From NCBI GenBank assembly GCA_965229245.1, contig CBDDIW010000001.1:650372-714371 (forward strand): 64,000 bases of DNA, read 5' to 3'. Source of the DNA: Verrucomicrobiales bacterium (GTDB taxonomy: Bacteria > Verrucomicrobiota > Verrucomicrobiia > Verrucomicrobiales > V1-33). Below are positions 26,683-36,522 of the stretch, in pieces. How positions within the stretch are numbered: the first letter of the stretch is position 1; each line of letters starts with the position of its first letter. A program made the position numbers and the translations under genes. The notes under the pieces are model-generated. The model ran no database searches. It worked only from the letters and a program-made list of their open reading frames with translations, and was not told where the DNA came from.

Positions 26683-27903
26683 ATGTTTACCCGCCGCCGC
26701 TTTCTCGCCGTTTCCGCCGCCACCGCCGCCCTGCCCCGTTTCTCCCGTGCCGCCGGGAATCCGGCCCTGGAGGAAAAGCTGGCGGGCATCGTGGACAGTT
26801 ATCTGAAGGATCGCGAGATCCCCGGCGGGCAACTGGCGCTGCTGAAGGAAGGCCAGGTGGTGTTTTCCCGCGCCTTCGGCATGGCGGACCGGGATAAAAA
26901 AGTGGCGGTGACACCGCGCACGCTCTTCCGCATCGCCAGCGTTTCCAAACCCCTCACCGCCGCCGCCATCCTCGTGCTGGCGGAGGAGGGGAAACTCTCG
27001 CTGGACGCGAAGATGCTGGACGTGCTGATGGTGGACATCTTCCTGCCGGAGGGGAAGAAGATGGACCCGCGGGTGAAGGACATCACCCTGCGGCACCTGC
27101 TGCAACACACCGCCGGCTGGGACCGCAACAAGAGCGGGGACATGATGTTCGAGAGCAAAAAGATCGCGAAGACCCTGGGCATCCCCTGCCCTCCCGGGCC
27201 CATGGACGTGATCCGCGAAGTGCTGGGCCGTCCGCTGGATACGGACCCGGGAGCGAAGTATGCCTACTCGAACTTCGGCTACTGCGTGCTGGGCCGCATC
27301 GTGGAACAGGTGAGCTGCATGCCGTATGAGAAGTTCGTGCAGGAGCGCGTGCTGAAGCCCGCCTCCATCAGCGGCCCCCGCGTGGGTGCCACGCTCACCC
27401 AGGGCGAGGGCGAGACCCGCTACTACACGCCGAAGCCCGAGGACGAGGAGCCCGTGTTCCCGAACCTCCCGGACAAAGTCCCCTCCCCCTACGGCGGCTG
27501 GTGCCTGGAAACGATGGATTCCCACGGCGGCTGGATCGCCGCGGCGGAGGACATCGCGAAGTTTGCCGCCAGCCTGCCGGATATCGGGGGCATTTCGCCG
27601 TTCAAGAAAAAGGAGACGTGGGAGACGCTCATCGCGCCGCCCGCCGGGCCGGTGGGGTATGAGAAGGACGGGAAAGTGAAACCCGTGAGCTACGGCTGTG
27701 GCTTCCAGATCCACCGCGAGGAAAAGGGAGCGGGCATCGAGCACAGCGGCAGCCTCCCCGGCACCACCACCTTTGTCTGGCGCCGCCCGGACGGCTACAC
27801 CTGGGCCGCGTTTTTCAATATGCGCCACGACGGCCGCAGCAACAAGGACGCCTCCGTGGTGGCCCAGTTGAACAAGGCTCTGGACGAATCCGCGAAGGGC
27901 TGA
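26683..27903 (+). CDS. Tat-exported serine hydrolase of the beta-lactamase/transpeptidase-like family
   Basis: 406 aa. Twin-arginine signal MFTRRRFLAVSAATAAL. SxxK (ASVSKP), YxN (YSNFGY) and HxG-like (HSGSLPG) motifs. Confidence 0.8.
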   Translation: MFTRRRFLAVSAATAALPRFSRAAGNPALEEKLAGIVDSYLKDREIPGGQLALLKEGQVVFSRAFGMADRDKKVAVTPRTLFRIASVSKPLTAAAILVLAEEGKLSLDAKMLDVLMVDIFLPEGKKMDPRVKDITLRHLLQHTAGWDRNKSGDMMFESKKIAKTLGIPCPPGPMDVIREVLGRPLDTDPGAKYAYSNFGYCVLGRIVEQVSCMPYEKFVQERVLKPASISGPRVGATLTQGEGETRYYTPKPEDEEPVFPNLPDKVPSPYGGWCLETMDSHGGWIAAAEDIAKFAASLPDIGGISPFKKKETWETLIAPPAGPVGYEKDGKVKPVSYGCGFQIHREEKGAGIEHSGSLPGTTTFVWRRPDGYTWAAFFNMRHDGRSNKDASVVAQLNKALDESAKG

Positions 27904-27965
27904 GGAAAGGAGCGGGGATTTTTATCTGAAGTGTCCGGCTAACACTTTTTGTGGTTTCGTCCGTT

Positions 27966-28012
27966 GCTCAGGCAATGGCATCCGGCGCCCCGCCGGATGC
28001 CATTGCCTGAGC
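27966..28012. terminator. perfect 22-bp-stem hairpin between convergent genes (putative bidirectional intrinsic terminator)
   Basis: gctcaggcaatggcatccggcg-ccc-cgccggatgccattgcctgagc. Lies between the beta-lactamase-family gene (+) and pdxA (-). No obvious U-tract, which is common in high-GC genomes. Confidence 0.45.
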
Positions 28013-28110
28013 CTGGGGCTCTCCGCGCGAGAAATCCCTGCGACGGACGACACCATAAAAAGGGTCAGCCGAACACTGATGATTTCCAATCCGCGCTCCA
28101 GGGAAACGTT

Positions 28111-28998
28111 TTAAATCCCGGGCCTCGATTTGCTCAACTCCGCCGCGAGATTGATGGCCGCGATCATGCTTGTGGCGGAGGCTTTCCCCTGCCCCGCGAT
28201 GTCGAAGGCGGTGCCGTGGTCCGGGCTGGTGCGGGTGTGGGGCAGACCCAGGGTCACGTTCACCGCACTGTCAAAGTCCAGCAGCTTCAGCGGGATCAAT
28301 CCCTGGTCATGATACATACAGAGCACGGCGTCCCACGCCCCACGCGCGGCATGGTAGAAGAGGGTATCCGGTGGCTGGGGCGCGGAAAAGACCACGTCCG
28401 GCAGCAGGCGGCGCAGTTCCTCCACCGCCGGGCGGATCACCGCCGCGTCCTCCGTGCCCATGTGTCCGTCCTCTCCCGCGTGGGGATTCAGCCCCGCGAC
28501 CGCGATCCGGGGACATGCCTTGCCGCGCCTTTTCAGAAACTCCGCGAGCAGTCTGCCCGTGCGGATAATGCCCTCCGGCGTGATCAGATCCGGCACGCGC
28601 CGCAGGGGCTCGTGGATGGTGACCAGCCCCACGGTGAGACGCGGACCGGTGAGGCACATGACAAAATCCTCCACCCCCAGGCGGTCTGCATAGAACTCCG
28701 TCTGTCCGGGAAAAGGAAATCCCAAGTCCGCCAGGGACGCCTTGCAGACCGGGGCCGTGACCACTGCCGCGATGCCTCCACTCCTCAGGAGCGCTGCGGA
28801 TTCCTCCAGGGCCTCCAGCGCGGCGCGCGCGCCCCGCGCATCCGGCTTCCCGGGCCGCGCGCCCGGACAGGACCCGATGACCCGGTAGTCACACTCAGGG
28901 TCCAGTTCGCCGGAGGCCAGCGCCGCCGCCGTCACCTCCGGGCCGATGCCCGCGGGATCGCCGAGGGTGATGCCGATGACAGGCCGGAGCCCGTTCAC
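28111..28998 (-). CDS. pdxA: 4-hydroxythreonine-4-phosphate dehydrogenase PdxA family
   Basis: 295 aa. IGITLGDPAGIGPEV N-terminus, NPHAGE and HGTAFDIAG motifs. 4-bp overlap with the upstream surA-like gene, as in the surA-pdxA arrangement of other bacteria. Confidence 0.8.
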   Translation of the reverse strand: MNGLRPVIGITLGDPAGIGPEVTAAALASGELDPECDYRVIGSCPGARPGKPDARGARAALEALEESAALLRSGGIAAVVTAPVCKASLADLGFPFPGQTEFYADRLGVEDFVMCLTGPRLTVGLVTIHEPLRRVPDLITPEGIIRTGRLLAEFLKRRGKACPRIAVAGLNPHAGEDGHMGTEDAAVIRPAVEELRRLLPDVVFSAPQPPDTLFYHAARGAWDAVLCMYHDQGLIPLKLLDFDSAVNVTLGLPHTRTSPDHGTAFDIAGQGKASATSMIAAINLAAELSKSRPGI

Positions 28999-29981
28999 TG
29001 GGGATTGATGGTAATGGTCGCCTTCTTCCTCAGCTTGGCCATCCAGTCGGCATTCGCTTTCTGGCGTTTGTCCACCTGGACGCCACGCTCCACCACCTGA
29101 TCCACTTCCTCCTTGGGCTTCATCTTACCCTCCGTGCGGGCCTCCACCCAGAAGATGTAGTAGCTGCCGCCCATGGGCACGATCTCGCTGATCTTGCCGG
29201 TGGGGACTTTGGAAACGATGGGCCAGAAGCTGTCATCCAGGGTCTTTTTATCCACCCAGTCCCAGCTGCCGCCCGCCTCGCGTTTGCTGTCCCCGGAATA
29301 CGTCTTCGCCATGGAGGAAAAGTCCGAGCCGTTCATCAGACGGGTGCGCACATCCTTCGCCAGAGCCTGCTGATCGGCGGGCGTCTTGCCCGGAGCCTGG
29401 CCGGGAATGGTGATGGACCACAGCTTGAGCTTCACGTCCTCGCGGAACATGGACTCATGTTTTTTCAGCCACGCGGCTTTCTCCTGGTCCGTGATGTATT
29501 GCGTGTCCCCCTTCGCGAAGTAGCCGCGCATCATTTCCACGATGACGTTCTTCTTCTGCTGCTCGTAAAACTTCTTGTACTGGATCCCGCTGTTCTTCAG
29601 TTCCTCCAGGAATTTGGCGCGGTCCCCTTTGAACATGCCGTCCACGAACTGCTTCTTGATGGACTCCTTCGCGTTGGCCTCCACCCGGGAATTGAACTGG
29701 GCGGCGAAGGGCTCGAATTCATGGAGAATGAGCTCCTGATTGACCAGGTCATCCAGGACCTTGGAGCGCAGGGTCTTGAGTTCCGCCTCATACTCCTCCC
29801 GGCTGTTCACCCGCTGGCGGAGCGCCACGGAACTGGCGCGAATGAGTTCCTCCACTTCGGATCTGAGGATGCACCGGCCGTTCACCACGGCGGCGATGCC
29901 ATTCTCTTGGGCGGGAGCGACAGGGGCGAGGGAGGCCGAGGCGAGGAAAAAGGCGAGATAAAAGAACGGTCCGGTCTTCAT
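28995..29981 (-). CDS. SurA-like periplasmic chaperone / PpiC-type peptidyl-prolyl cis-trans isomerase
   Basis: 328 aa. Signal peptide, SurA N-terminal-like helical region and a parvulin domain (HILI-like region FSSMAKTYSGDSKREAGGSWDWV). Located upstream of pdxA. Confidence 0.7.
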   Translation of the reverse strand: MKTGPFFYLAFFLASASLAPVAPAQENGIAAVVNGRCILRSEVEELIRASSVALRQRVNSREEYEAELKTLRSKVLDDLVNQELILHEFEPFAAQFNSRVEANAKESIKKQFVDGMFKGDRAKFLEELKNSGIQYKKFYEQQKKNVIVEMMRGYFAKGDTQYITDQEKAAWLKKHESMFREDVKLKLWSITIPGQAPGKTPADQQALAKDVRTRLMNGSDFSSMAKTYSGDSKREAGGSWDWVDKKTLDDSFWPIVSKVPTGKISEIVPMGGSYYIFWVEARTEGKMKPKEEVDQVVERGVQVDKRQKANADWMAKLRKKATITINPQ

Positions 29982-30014
29982 GTCAGGGGAAGGATGGAGT
30001 GGGGGAGCAGGGAC

Positions 30015-30482
30015 TTAGTCCCACAGGAAGGATTTTTGTTCACCGAGCGGACGGCCTCCCTGAGTGAGAACAGCACGCCAACCCAGCAGGCGGCCGCGAT
30101 CGTGGAATTCGGAACCGGTCACCTCAAAGCGCACCATTCCGCTTTTTGCGCTGGTTTCAACCTCCTTTGCATGGACCTTGAAACCGGTGGTGGACTGCCG
30201 GTACTCGAAGCGGGCGCGCACCGGTGTCACCCGGTCCTCCGTCCGGAAGAAAATGGTGTAGTAGTTCCCCCGGCGGGCCTCCCGGTCCCCGTCCGAGACC
30301 GCGCCGTAGAGGTAGTGCTTTTGCTCAAAGGGGATGCTGGGCTCCGCGCTGTCCGGCACCACGGAGGGATTCAGCCGGTAGATTTTCACCCGCGTGATGC
30401 CCGTGCCGGGATGCGAGGCGCAGGATGCCAGGCCGCACGCGGCGGCCGCGGCCAGGAGACGAACGATGGCAGGGAAACTCAT
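30015..30482 (-). CDS. hypothetical lipoprotein
   Basis: 155 aa, lipobox LASC after a signal peptide. First gene of the lipoprotein, surA, pdxA minus-strand cluster. Confidence 0.45.
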   Translation of the reverse strand: MSFPAIVRLLAAAAACGLASCASHPGTGITRVKIYRLNPSVVPDSAEPSIPFEQKHYLYGAVSDGDREARRGNYYTIFFRTEDRVTPVRARFEYRQSTTGFKVHAKEVETSAKSGMVRFEVTGSEFHDRGRLLGWRAVLTQGGRPLGEQKSFLWD

Positions 30483-30977
30483 GGCCGGACTTTCCGCCGC
30501 CGTCCGGGCCTGTCAATGAACTTGCCCGCCGCCCCGCGACCGCGACGGCGGGGCTGGCTTTATGCCCGTGAAATAAATATCAGCCTCATGGTGAGGCAGT
30601 TGTGACACAGCCATTTGCATTCCTGAAATCCCGTGCATTCTTTGGTTAGTTCTTTGTCAGCTTAATGTCCCGGCTTCGCCGCCGGGACAGCGGGGGACCC
30701 AAAAATTCCCAAACCCGTCAGGGCCGGCTCATTTGCCGGCAGACTCGGGGCGCATGACGCCTGCGGCGTCAGGGGCACCACGGTGGCCTCAGCCCGACAG
30801 CTAACCTCGCCTGCCCACACCGGGAGACATTTCGGAACGCGCTCATCCTTCTGTGAAAGTGAAGGAGGGGAGGCGGCCAGAGGCCTTCCCCTTCAGAGAA
30901 TACCGGACGCGCGCAAGCCCCGCAGGCGAGGCGCGTCCTCTCAAAACACCCATAAAAACACAGGAGGATAATCATCT

Positions 30978-33023
30978 ATGCTCTGGAACTTCATGTTCTG
31001 GACAGGCATCGCCATGGCCGCGCTCGTCGCGCTCTGGCTCATCATCTGGCTCGTGCTGGGCGCGCGCTACATTCCCCACCGCAGCGTGGGCATCATCGAA
31101 AAACTCTGGTCCCCCGGCGGCTCGCTCGCGGAGGGACGCATCATCGCCCTGAACGGGGAGGCGGGCTACCAGGCCCGGCTGCTGCGGGGTGGTCTGCACA
31201 TGGGCTATCCATTCTGGAAGTTCAGCGTGCACAAGGTGCCGCTGGTCACCGTGGGGGAAGGCCGCATCGGGTATGTCTATGCCCGGGACGGACGCCCGCT
31301 GCCGCCGGAGCAGACGCTGGGCAGCACCGCGGCGTGCAATTCCTTCCAGGATGCCGTGGCCTTCATCAACAATGGCGGCCAGCGGGGACGCCAGCGCGGC
31401 ATCCTGCGGGAGGGCACCTATGCCATCAATACGGCCCTCTTCGTGGTCATCACGGAGCAGGCGGTCTATGCCGGAACGCTGCCCAAAACGGAGGCGCTGC
31501 AGCTCCACGCCTGGCAGAATGAACTCAGCGCGGCGGGAGGCTTCACCCCCGTGCGCGTGGGGGCCACGGGACGGGGACCCTCCGTGCTGGTGAGACCTCC
31601 CGAGGACGAGGACCGCCCCGTGCCGGACAGCGGCCTCTCCTCCCAGGACAACATCGGCGTCATCACCGTGCATGACGGCCCCACGCTGCAGCCGGGCGAA
31701 TTCATCGCGCCCCAGGCGGGTGGCGACGAACACGGCGCGGGGCACAATTACTTCCAGGATCCGGAGCAGTTCCTGTCCCTGGGAGGCCGCCGCGGCCGCC
31801 AGCTTCAGGTGCTGACGGACGGGACGTATTTCATCAACCGCTGGTTCGCCACGGTGGAGCTGCGGCCCAAGACGCTGATCCCCATCGGCTATGTGGGCGT
31901 GGTTATCAGTTACTACGGCCAGGCCGGGGAGGACGTGACGGGCGCGCAGTTCCGCTACGGGCAGCAGGTGAGCACGGGGCACCGCGGGGTGTGGCGGGAC
32001 GCGCTGCCTCCGGGCAAATACGCGCTCAATTCCTATGCCCTCAAAGTGGAACTCGTGCCCACGGTGAACTTCGTCCTTCGCTGGATCAGCGGCCAGACGG
32101 AAAGCCACCGCTACGATGAATCCCTCGCGAGCATTCCCATCATCACGGCGGATGCCTACGAGCCCCTGCTGCCGCTCTCCCTGGTGCTGCACATCGACTA
32201 CGAAAAAGCCCCGCGCGTGGTGCAGCGCTTCGGCGATGTGCGCCGCCTCATCAGCCAGACGCTGGACCCCATCCTGACGGCTTACTTCCGGGACGTGGCG
32301 CAGTCCTCCAACATGCTGGACCTGCTCACGCACCGCGAGGATATCCAGAAGCGCGCCACGGCGGAGCTGGGCCGCCGGTTCACGGAGTATGATATCAACT
32401 GCGTGGCCGTGCTCATCGGGCGGCCGGAGTCGGACATCCGGAAGCTCACCCGCGGCGAGGACCCCATCGAAGCACTGTTCGATCAACTCCGCATGCGCCG
32501 CCTGGCGGACGAGCAGCGCGAGACGTTCGCTAAACAACAGGAGGCCGCCGTGCGCCTGAAGGAGCTGAACCACGCCCAGGCCGAGGCCGAGCGCCAGTCG
32601 CACCTCACCGCCACGAAGGTGGAGATCGAGATCTCCTCCAACCGCGGCGCGGCGCAACTCGCCGAAGCCCAGAACATGGCCAAACGCGAGGTGACGCTCG
32701 CGGAGGGCCAGAGCCGTGCCGCCCGCCTGCTGGGCGAGGGTGAAGCCGCCCGCATCGCCCAGGTGGGTGAAGCCGAGGCCCAGGTAAGCCGCCAGAAAGT
32801 GGAAGCCGTGGGCGACCCCCGCCTCTATGCCCTGAACCAGATCACCGACAAGCTGACAGAGTCGAAGCAACCGCTGGTCCCCGAGCGGCTCATCATGCTT
32901 GGCGGCGCGGAAGGTTCCAACAGCCAGGCCAGCCTCTTCCAGGCCATCATGCAGGTGCTCACCACCTGGCAGGTCATAAGGGAGGACAGCCGCGGGCCGG
33001 TGGAGGTGGACAAGGCGGCGTGA
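30978..33023 (+). CDS. flotillin / SPFH (band 7) family protein, YqiK-like
   Basis: 681 aa. N-terminal TM segment, SPFH domain and a long coiled-coil tail with EA/AEAE repeats (AEAERQSHLTATKVEIE...). AGGAGG RBS at 30962..30967. About 370-nt structured leader. Confidence 0.8.
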   Translation: MLWNFMFWTGIAMAALVALWLIIWLVLGARYIPHRSVGIIEKLWSPGGSLAEGRIIALNGEAGYQARLLRGGLHMGYPFWKFSVHKVPLVTVGEGRIGYVYARDGRPLPPEQTLGSTAACNSFQDAVAFINNGGQRGRQRGILREGTYAINTALFVVITEQAVYAGTLPKTEALQLHAWQNELSAAGGFTPVRVGATGRGPSVLVRPPEDEDRPVPDSGLSSQDNIGVITVHDGPTLQPGEFIAPQAGGDEHGAGHNYFQDPEQFLSLGGRRGRQLQVLTDGTYFINRWFATVELRPKTLIPIGYVGVVISYYGQAGEDVTGAQFRYGQQVSTGHRGVWRDALPPGKYALNSYALKVELVPTVNFVLRWISGQTESHRYDESLASIPIITADAYEPLLPLSLVLHIDYEKAPRVVQRFGDVRRLISQTLDPILTAYFRDVAQSSNMLDLLTHREDIQKRATAELGRRFTEYDINCVAVLIGRPESDIRKLTRGEDPIEALFDQLRMRRLADEQRETFAKQQEAAVRLKELNHAQAEAERQSHLTATKVEIEISSNRGAAQLAEAQNMAKREVTLAEGQSRAARLLGEGEAARIAQVGEAEAQVSRQKVEAVGDPRLYALNQITDKLTESKQPLVPERLIMLGGAEGSNSQASLFQAIMQVLTTWQVIREDSRGPVEVDKAA

Positions 33024-33093
33024 GCCAATAAAAAGAGGATGCAGGGAACGGCGGCAGAAACGCCGCCGTTCTCCTGTCCAGCCTCCGTTCGCG

Positions 33094-33228
33094 CCCAAGG
33101 AGCGGCGACATTCCTGTCGCCGTCCTCATGACGAGTCTCCGGAATGACTTCAAAGACAAGCTTCAGGGTAGTAGAGGACGACCAGTTAGAAGAACTGACG
33201 GCGACAGGAATGTCGCCGCTCCTTGGGG
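33094..33228. repeat. REPIN, copy 3 (immediately 3' of the RAYT gene)
   Basis: Arms 33094..33123 and 33198..33228 are perfect reverse complements of each other and match the consensus of copies 1 and 2. Confidence 0.8.
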
Positions 33229-33260
33229 CGCGTTATGAGGTTAATCCCGCCCCCCTCTTT

Positions 33261-33917
33261 TCAAACGGGGGGCGCCTCAAGGATTGAGCGGACTTCATCG
33301 CTCAAATAAAGAGTATAGTCCCCTTCACGCAGTCTGGCCTTTACCGGGTTTCTCCGGATGTAACGCACGCAATTCCAAAAATGGGTTTTATCCCGCACCA
33401 GCCTGTCGAAGTAATCCTTTTGCCAGAAGCCTCCATCACCTGATACCCGTGGAGATACCAGCCTGGCGGCGCGAGCGGAAGCTCCCTTCCAGGCTTTGAG
33501 CAGGGTTTCCAAACGAACGTTTTCCTGAAGGGAAAACAGCAGATGAGCATGATTCGGCATCAGGACCCAGGCGTGATGCCGGTAGCGCCCGTCATCATAT
33601 TTTATAAAAATGTTCTCCACGGCGTCCCGGACTTCCGGATGACGCAGCAGGCATTCACCATGGCAGTCGTCCAGCCAGCGTTCGAGCCTGCTGGAAAACC
33701 GCTCGTGATATTCCGCCTCCTGTGCCGCTGACCATGGTTCAGGATTCCATTTCAGCCAGAGATCACGTTCCCCATGCCACTGGGCGATGAGCGCGTGAGG
33801 GAGGGAGTCCGCGAGACGGAATGTGAGGAAATAGGTGGCTCCCGGCTGATCCCAGTGGGTAAGGCGATTAGTCCCTACAAGAGTGTCGGTCCATGGATTG
33901 AAGTATTTCAGGTCCAT
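33261..33917 (-). mobile_element. REP-associated tyrosine transposase (RAYT; IS200-like Y1 HUH transposase)
   Basis: 218 aa. HUH motif MPNHAHLLF and catalytic Tyr region YIRRNP. The gene is flanked on both sides by REP sequences of the same family found elsewhere in the window. Confidence 0.75.
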
Positions 33918-33969
33918 TTCGACGGGCTCATACCGCTGAGGAGGAGGCTGGAGAGGACCTGAACGGAGG

Positions 33970-33999
33970 ACGGCGACAGGAATGTCGCCGCTCCTTGGG
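33970..33999. repeat. solo REP (single arm) 5' of the RAYT gene
   Basis: acggcgacaggaatgtcgccgctccttggg, identical to the REPIN right arm, followed by tandem cgttatg(a/t)gg units that also follow REPIN copy 3. Confidence 0.75.
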
Positions 34000-34018
34000 C
34001 TCGTTATGTTGAGGCTCG

Positions 34019-35680
34019 TTATGAGGCAAAATACCCCGCCATTTCCGGACCGAAGTGTTCCATGGCGTTCTTGATGGGCAGGGGCACGCCGCCGCCCAGG
34101 GCGCAGAGGGAGGTCTGCTCCATGGTATCGAGGAGGTCGTTCATCAGGGTCCGGTCCATCTTATAGGAACTATCCGTCCGGGCTTTGATGATCATTTCCT
34201 TCCCCCGGGTGCTGCCGAGGCGGCAGGGGAAACATTTACCGCAACTCTCGTCGGCGGTGAATTTGAAAAGGTGTTCGATGTATTCGATCATCGGGAACGC
34301 CGCCGGGATGCTCACCACACCCGCGTGGCCCAGGAGGAAGCCGGCTTTTTTGAAGCTCTCAAAGTCCACCGTCAGCGCCTCGATATGGCTCAGCGGCACG
34401 ATGCCCCCCAGGGGGCCGCCCACCTGAATGGCTTTGATCTCCGTCCGCCAGCCGCCCGCGAGGTCGATGACCGTGCGCAACGGCGTGCCCATGGCCACCT
34501 CATAGATGCCCGGCTTCACAAAATGGCTGTCCAGCGAGAGCAGCTTTGGCCCGCTGCTTTGGGGCGTGCCGATGGTGGCGTAGCCTTTCCCGCCCAGGGT
34601 GAGGATGGCGCGCAGATTCGCGAAGGTTTCCACATTGTTCACGATGGTGGGCCGCCGGAAAAGCCCCTCCACGGTGGGGAATGGAGGACGCACCCGCACC
34701 TCCGGGCGCTGCCCTTCGATACTGGCGAGAAGCGCGGTTTCCTCCCCGCAGATATAAGCTCCCGCGCCTTTGATGGTCTTCAGGTGGAAGTCGAAGCCGC
34801 TGCCCAGGATGTTTTTCCCCAGGAGCCCGGCGGCGTGGAGATCCGCGATGGCCGCGTCGATGATCTTCACGGAATCCGGATACTCCGCCCGGATGTAGAG
34901 CACGCCCGTGCCCGCGCCCGCGAACCAGCCCGCCACCATCATGCCCAGGAGCACGCTGTGGGGACGCTCCTCCATGAGATACTTATCGATGTAAGCCCCG
35001 GGATCGCCTTCGTCCGCGTTGCAGACGATGTATTTCACCGCGCCCTCCGCCTCGCGGCAGGACTGCCATTTGAAGTGCAGCGGGAAGCCCGCGCCGCCCC
35101 GGCCGCGCAGTCCGCTGTCCTTCAGTTCCCCCTGGAGCCAGTTCCGGTCCTTCCCCAGGAGTTCGCGGAAGGGAGCGTAATATTCGTCCACTCCCGGAAA
35201 GGGAGCCGTGAGCAGGGCGGGCTGGAGATGGGAGACCACGGCATAGCGGTCCGTTCCATCCCCCTGCCCCGTGGCGAACAGCGCCTCCAGGGCCTCCGGC
35301 TTCTGCCCGGAGTAGTTTTGCCCCTGGTATTGGAAAGCCCCGCCCTCATGGCACCGGCCCAGGCAGCAGATATGGCCGATCTCTTCGCCCGCGAAATGTC
35401 CCTCCATGCGTTCATGCAGGTGGTCTTGGGTACCCGCCACGAGGCAGGCGGAGCCATTGCAGACGAAGACCTTCTTGCCCTCGTTCTCCTTCTTCAGAAA
35501 ATCGTAAAACGACACCGCCCCCAGCGTGACCGCGTCGCCGAAAAGGGTTTCCTCCCCCATCTTTTCCACGATCGCCGGGTTTTCCGCCGTTCCGGTCGCC
35601 TCCGCCGCGCGCACCATGCGTTCGAAGACATTGCGGTCGGTGCCTTTGCGGAAGGAGAGGGAGCTGAGATTTCTGGACAT
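34019..35680 (-). CDS. NuoF-like NADH:acceptor oxidoreductase flavoprotein fused to an N-terminal NuoE-like thioredoxin-fold [2Fe-2S] domain
   Basis: 553 aa from ATG 35680. N-terminal cysteines (CNGSAC ... CCLGRC), FMN/NADH-binding GRGGAGFP motif, SLBB domain, and C-terminal 4Fe-4S motif ESCGKCFPCR. No neighbouring nuo or hydrogenase genes are present. Confidence 0.8.
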   Translation of the reverse strand: MSRNLSSLSFRKGTDRNVFERMVRAAEATGTAENPAIVEKMGEETLFGDAVTLGAVSFYDFLKKENEGKKVFVCNGSACLVAGTQDHLHERMEGHFAGEEIGHICCLGRCHEGGAFQYQGQNYSGQKPEALEALFATGQGDGTDRYAVVSHLQPALLTAPFPGVDEYYAPFRELLGKDRNWLQGELKDSGLRGRGGAGFPLHFKWQSCREAEGAVKYIVCNADEGDPGAYIDKYLMEERPHSVLLGMMVAGWFAGAGTGVLYIRAEYPDSVKIIDAAIADLHAAGLLGKNILGSGFDFHLKTIKGAGAYICGEETALLASIEGQRPEVRVRPPFPTVEGLFRRPTIVNNVETFANLRAILTLGGKGYATIGTPQSSGPKLLSLDSHFVKPGIYEVAMGTPLRTVIDLAGGWRTEIKAIQVGGPLGGIVPLSHIEALTVDFESFKKAGFLLGHAGVVSIPAAFPMIEYIEHLFKFTADESCGKCFPCRLGSTRGKEMIIKARTDSSYKMDRTLMNDLLDTMEQTSLCALGGGVPLPIKNAMEHFGPEMAGYFAS

Positions 35681-35823
35681 GCGGGGAGTGAGATAAAGTG
35701 GCAGCTTCCATGTTTCCCCGCCCGCTGGCAAGAACGGGGAAGACGAAAAAAAATCCGCCTCCCGCGCCTGTCTTCCGGCATCCCGTCCTCGCATTTTTCG
35801 TGGTCCCGGGCGAAAGTGGGTTA

Positions 35824-36522
35824 GTGAGACTGTTGTTATTCCTTTTGATGCTGGGCGGCTCCCTGGGCGCGCAGGAGGATCCGGTGCCCCTGAAACCGCC
35901 GGATCACATTCTGGATCTGACGGGAGAAGCGGAGGACGCGGACCGGGCCTCGTATGGCCTGGAGCTGGAACTGGCGGCGGAGAAATCCGGGCTGGGGGTT
36001 TATCTGGTCCTCCTGGAGCGCGTGCCCGCGGAACCCGCCGCGGAACTCGCGGGCCGCCTGGCCCGGGAATGGACCGGCTTTCCGGACCGGGCGGTGGTGC
36101 TGTCCTGTCCGGGACGGGAGCCGGTGGTCGCCATGGCGGGGGAGGCGCTGGATGCCGTGACGGAGGACCGGCTGAAGGCCACGGGCGCGGAGGCGCTGGC
36201 CGCCGCGCGGCGGGCCGGAAGCGGGCTGCCGGGCCTGATGGCGGCGGGCCGGAGCCTCATCGCACAGATGGAGGTCTTCCGGGCGGGAGGCAGTCTGGGG
36301 CCACCTCCGGGAATCGTGTCCCTGGACACCGCGGAGTCCGGCGGGCAGGTCACTGCGTGGATCACGGGAGGGGCGCTTTTCTGCTGTGTCGCCGCCCTCA
36401 TCCTGCGGCAGCGCAGCCGGCGTCCGGCCCTGGTCTTCCCTCCACATGAATTCCGCCGCCGGTTTTCCGCTCCGCATTCGGGAGGGAATGACGCGTCCAT
36501 TTCCTTTGGGAAGGAGAAGTGA
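35824..36522 (+). CDS. hypothetical exported/membrane protein
   Basis: Start placed at GTG 35824 (VRLLLFLLMLGGSLGAQE signal peptide). The listed ATG 35698 would leave only 17 bp before the divergent upstream gene. C-terminal TM helix. Confidence 0.35.
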   Translation: MRLLLFLLMLGGSLGAQEDPVPLKPPDHILDLTGEAEDADRASYGLELELAAEKSGLGVYLVLLERVPAEPAAELAGRLAREWTGFPDRAVVLSCPGREPVVAMAGEALDAVTEDRLKATGAEALAAARRAGSGLPGLMAAGRSLIAQMEVFRAGGSLGPPPGIVSLDTAESGGQVTAWITGGALFCCVAALILRQRSRRPALVFPPHEFRRRFSAPHSGGNDASISFGKEK

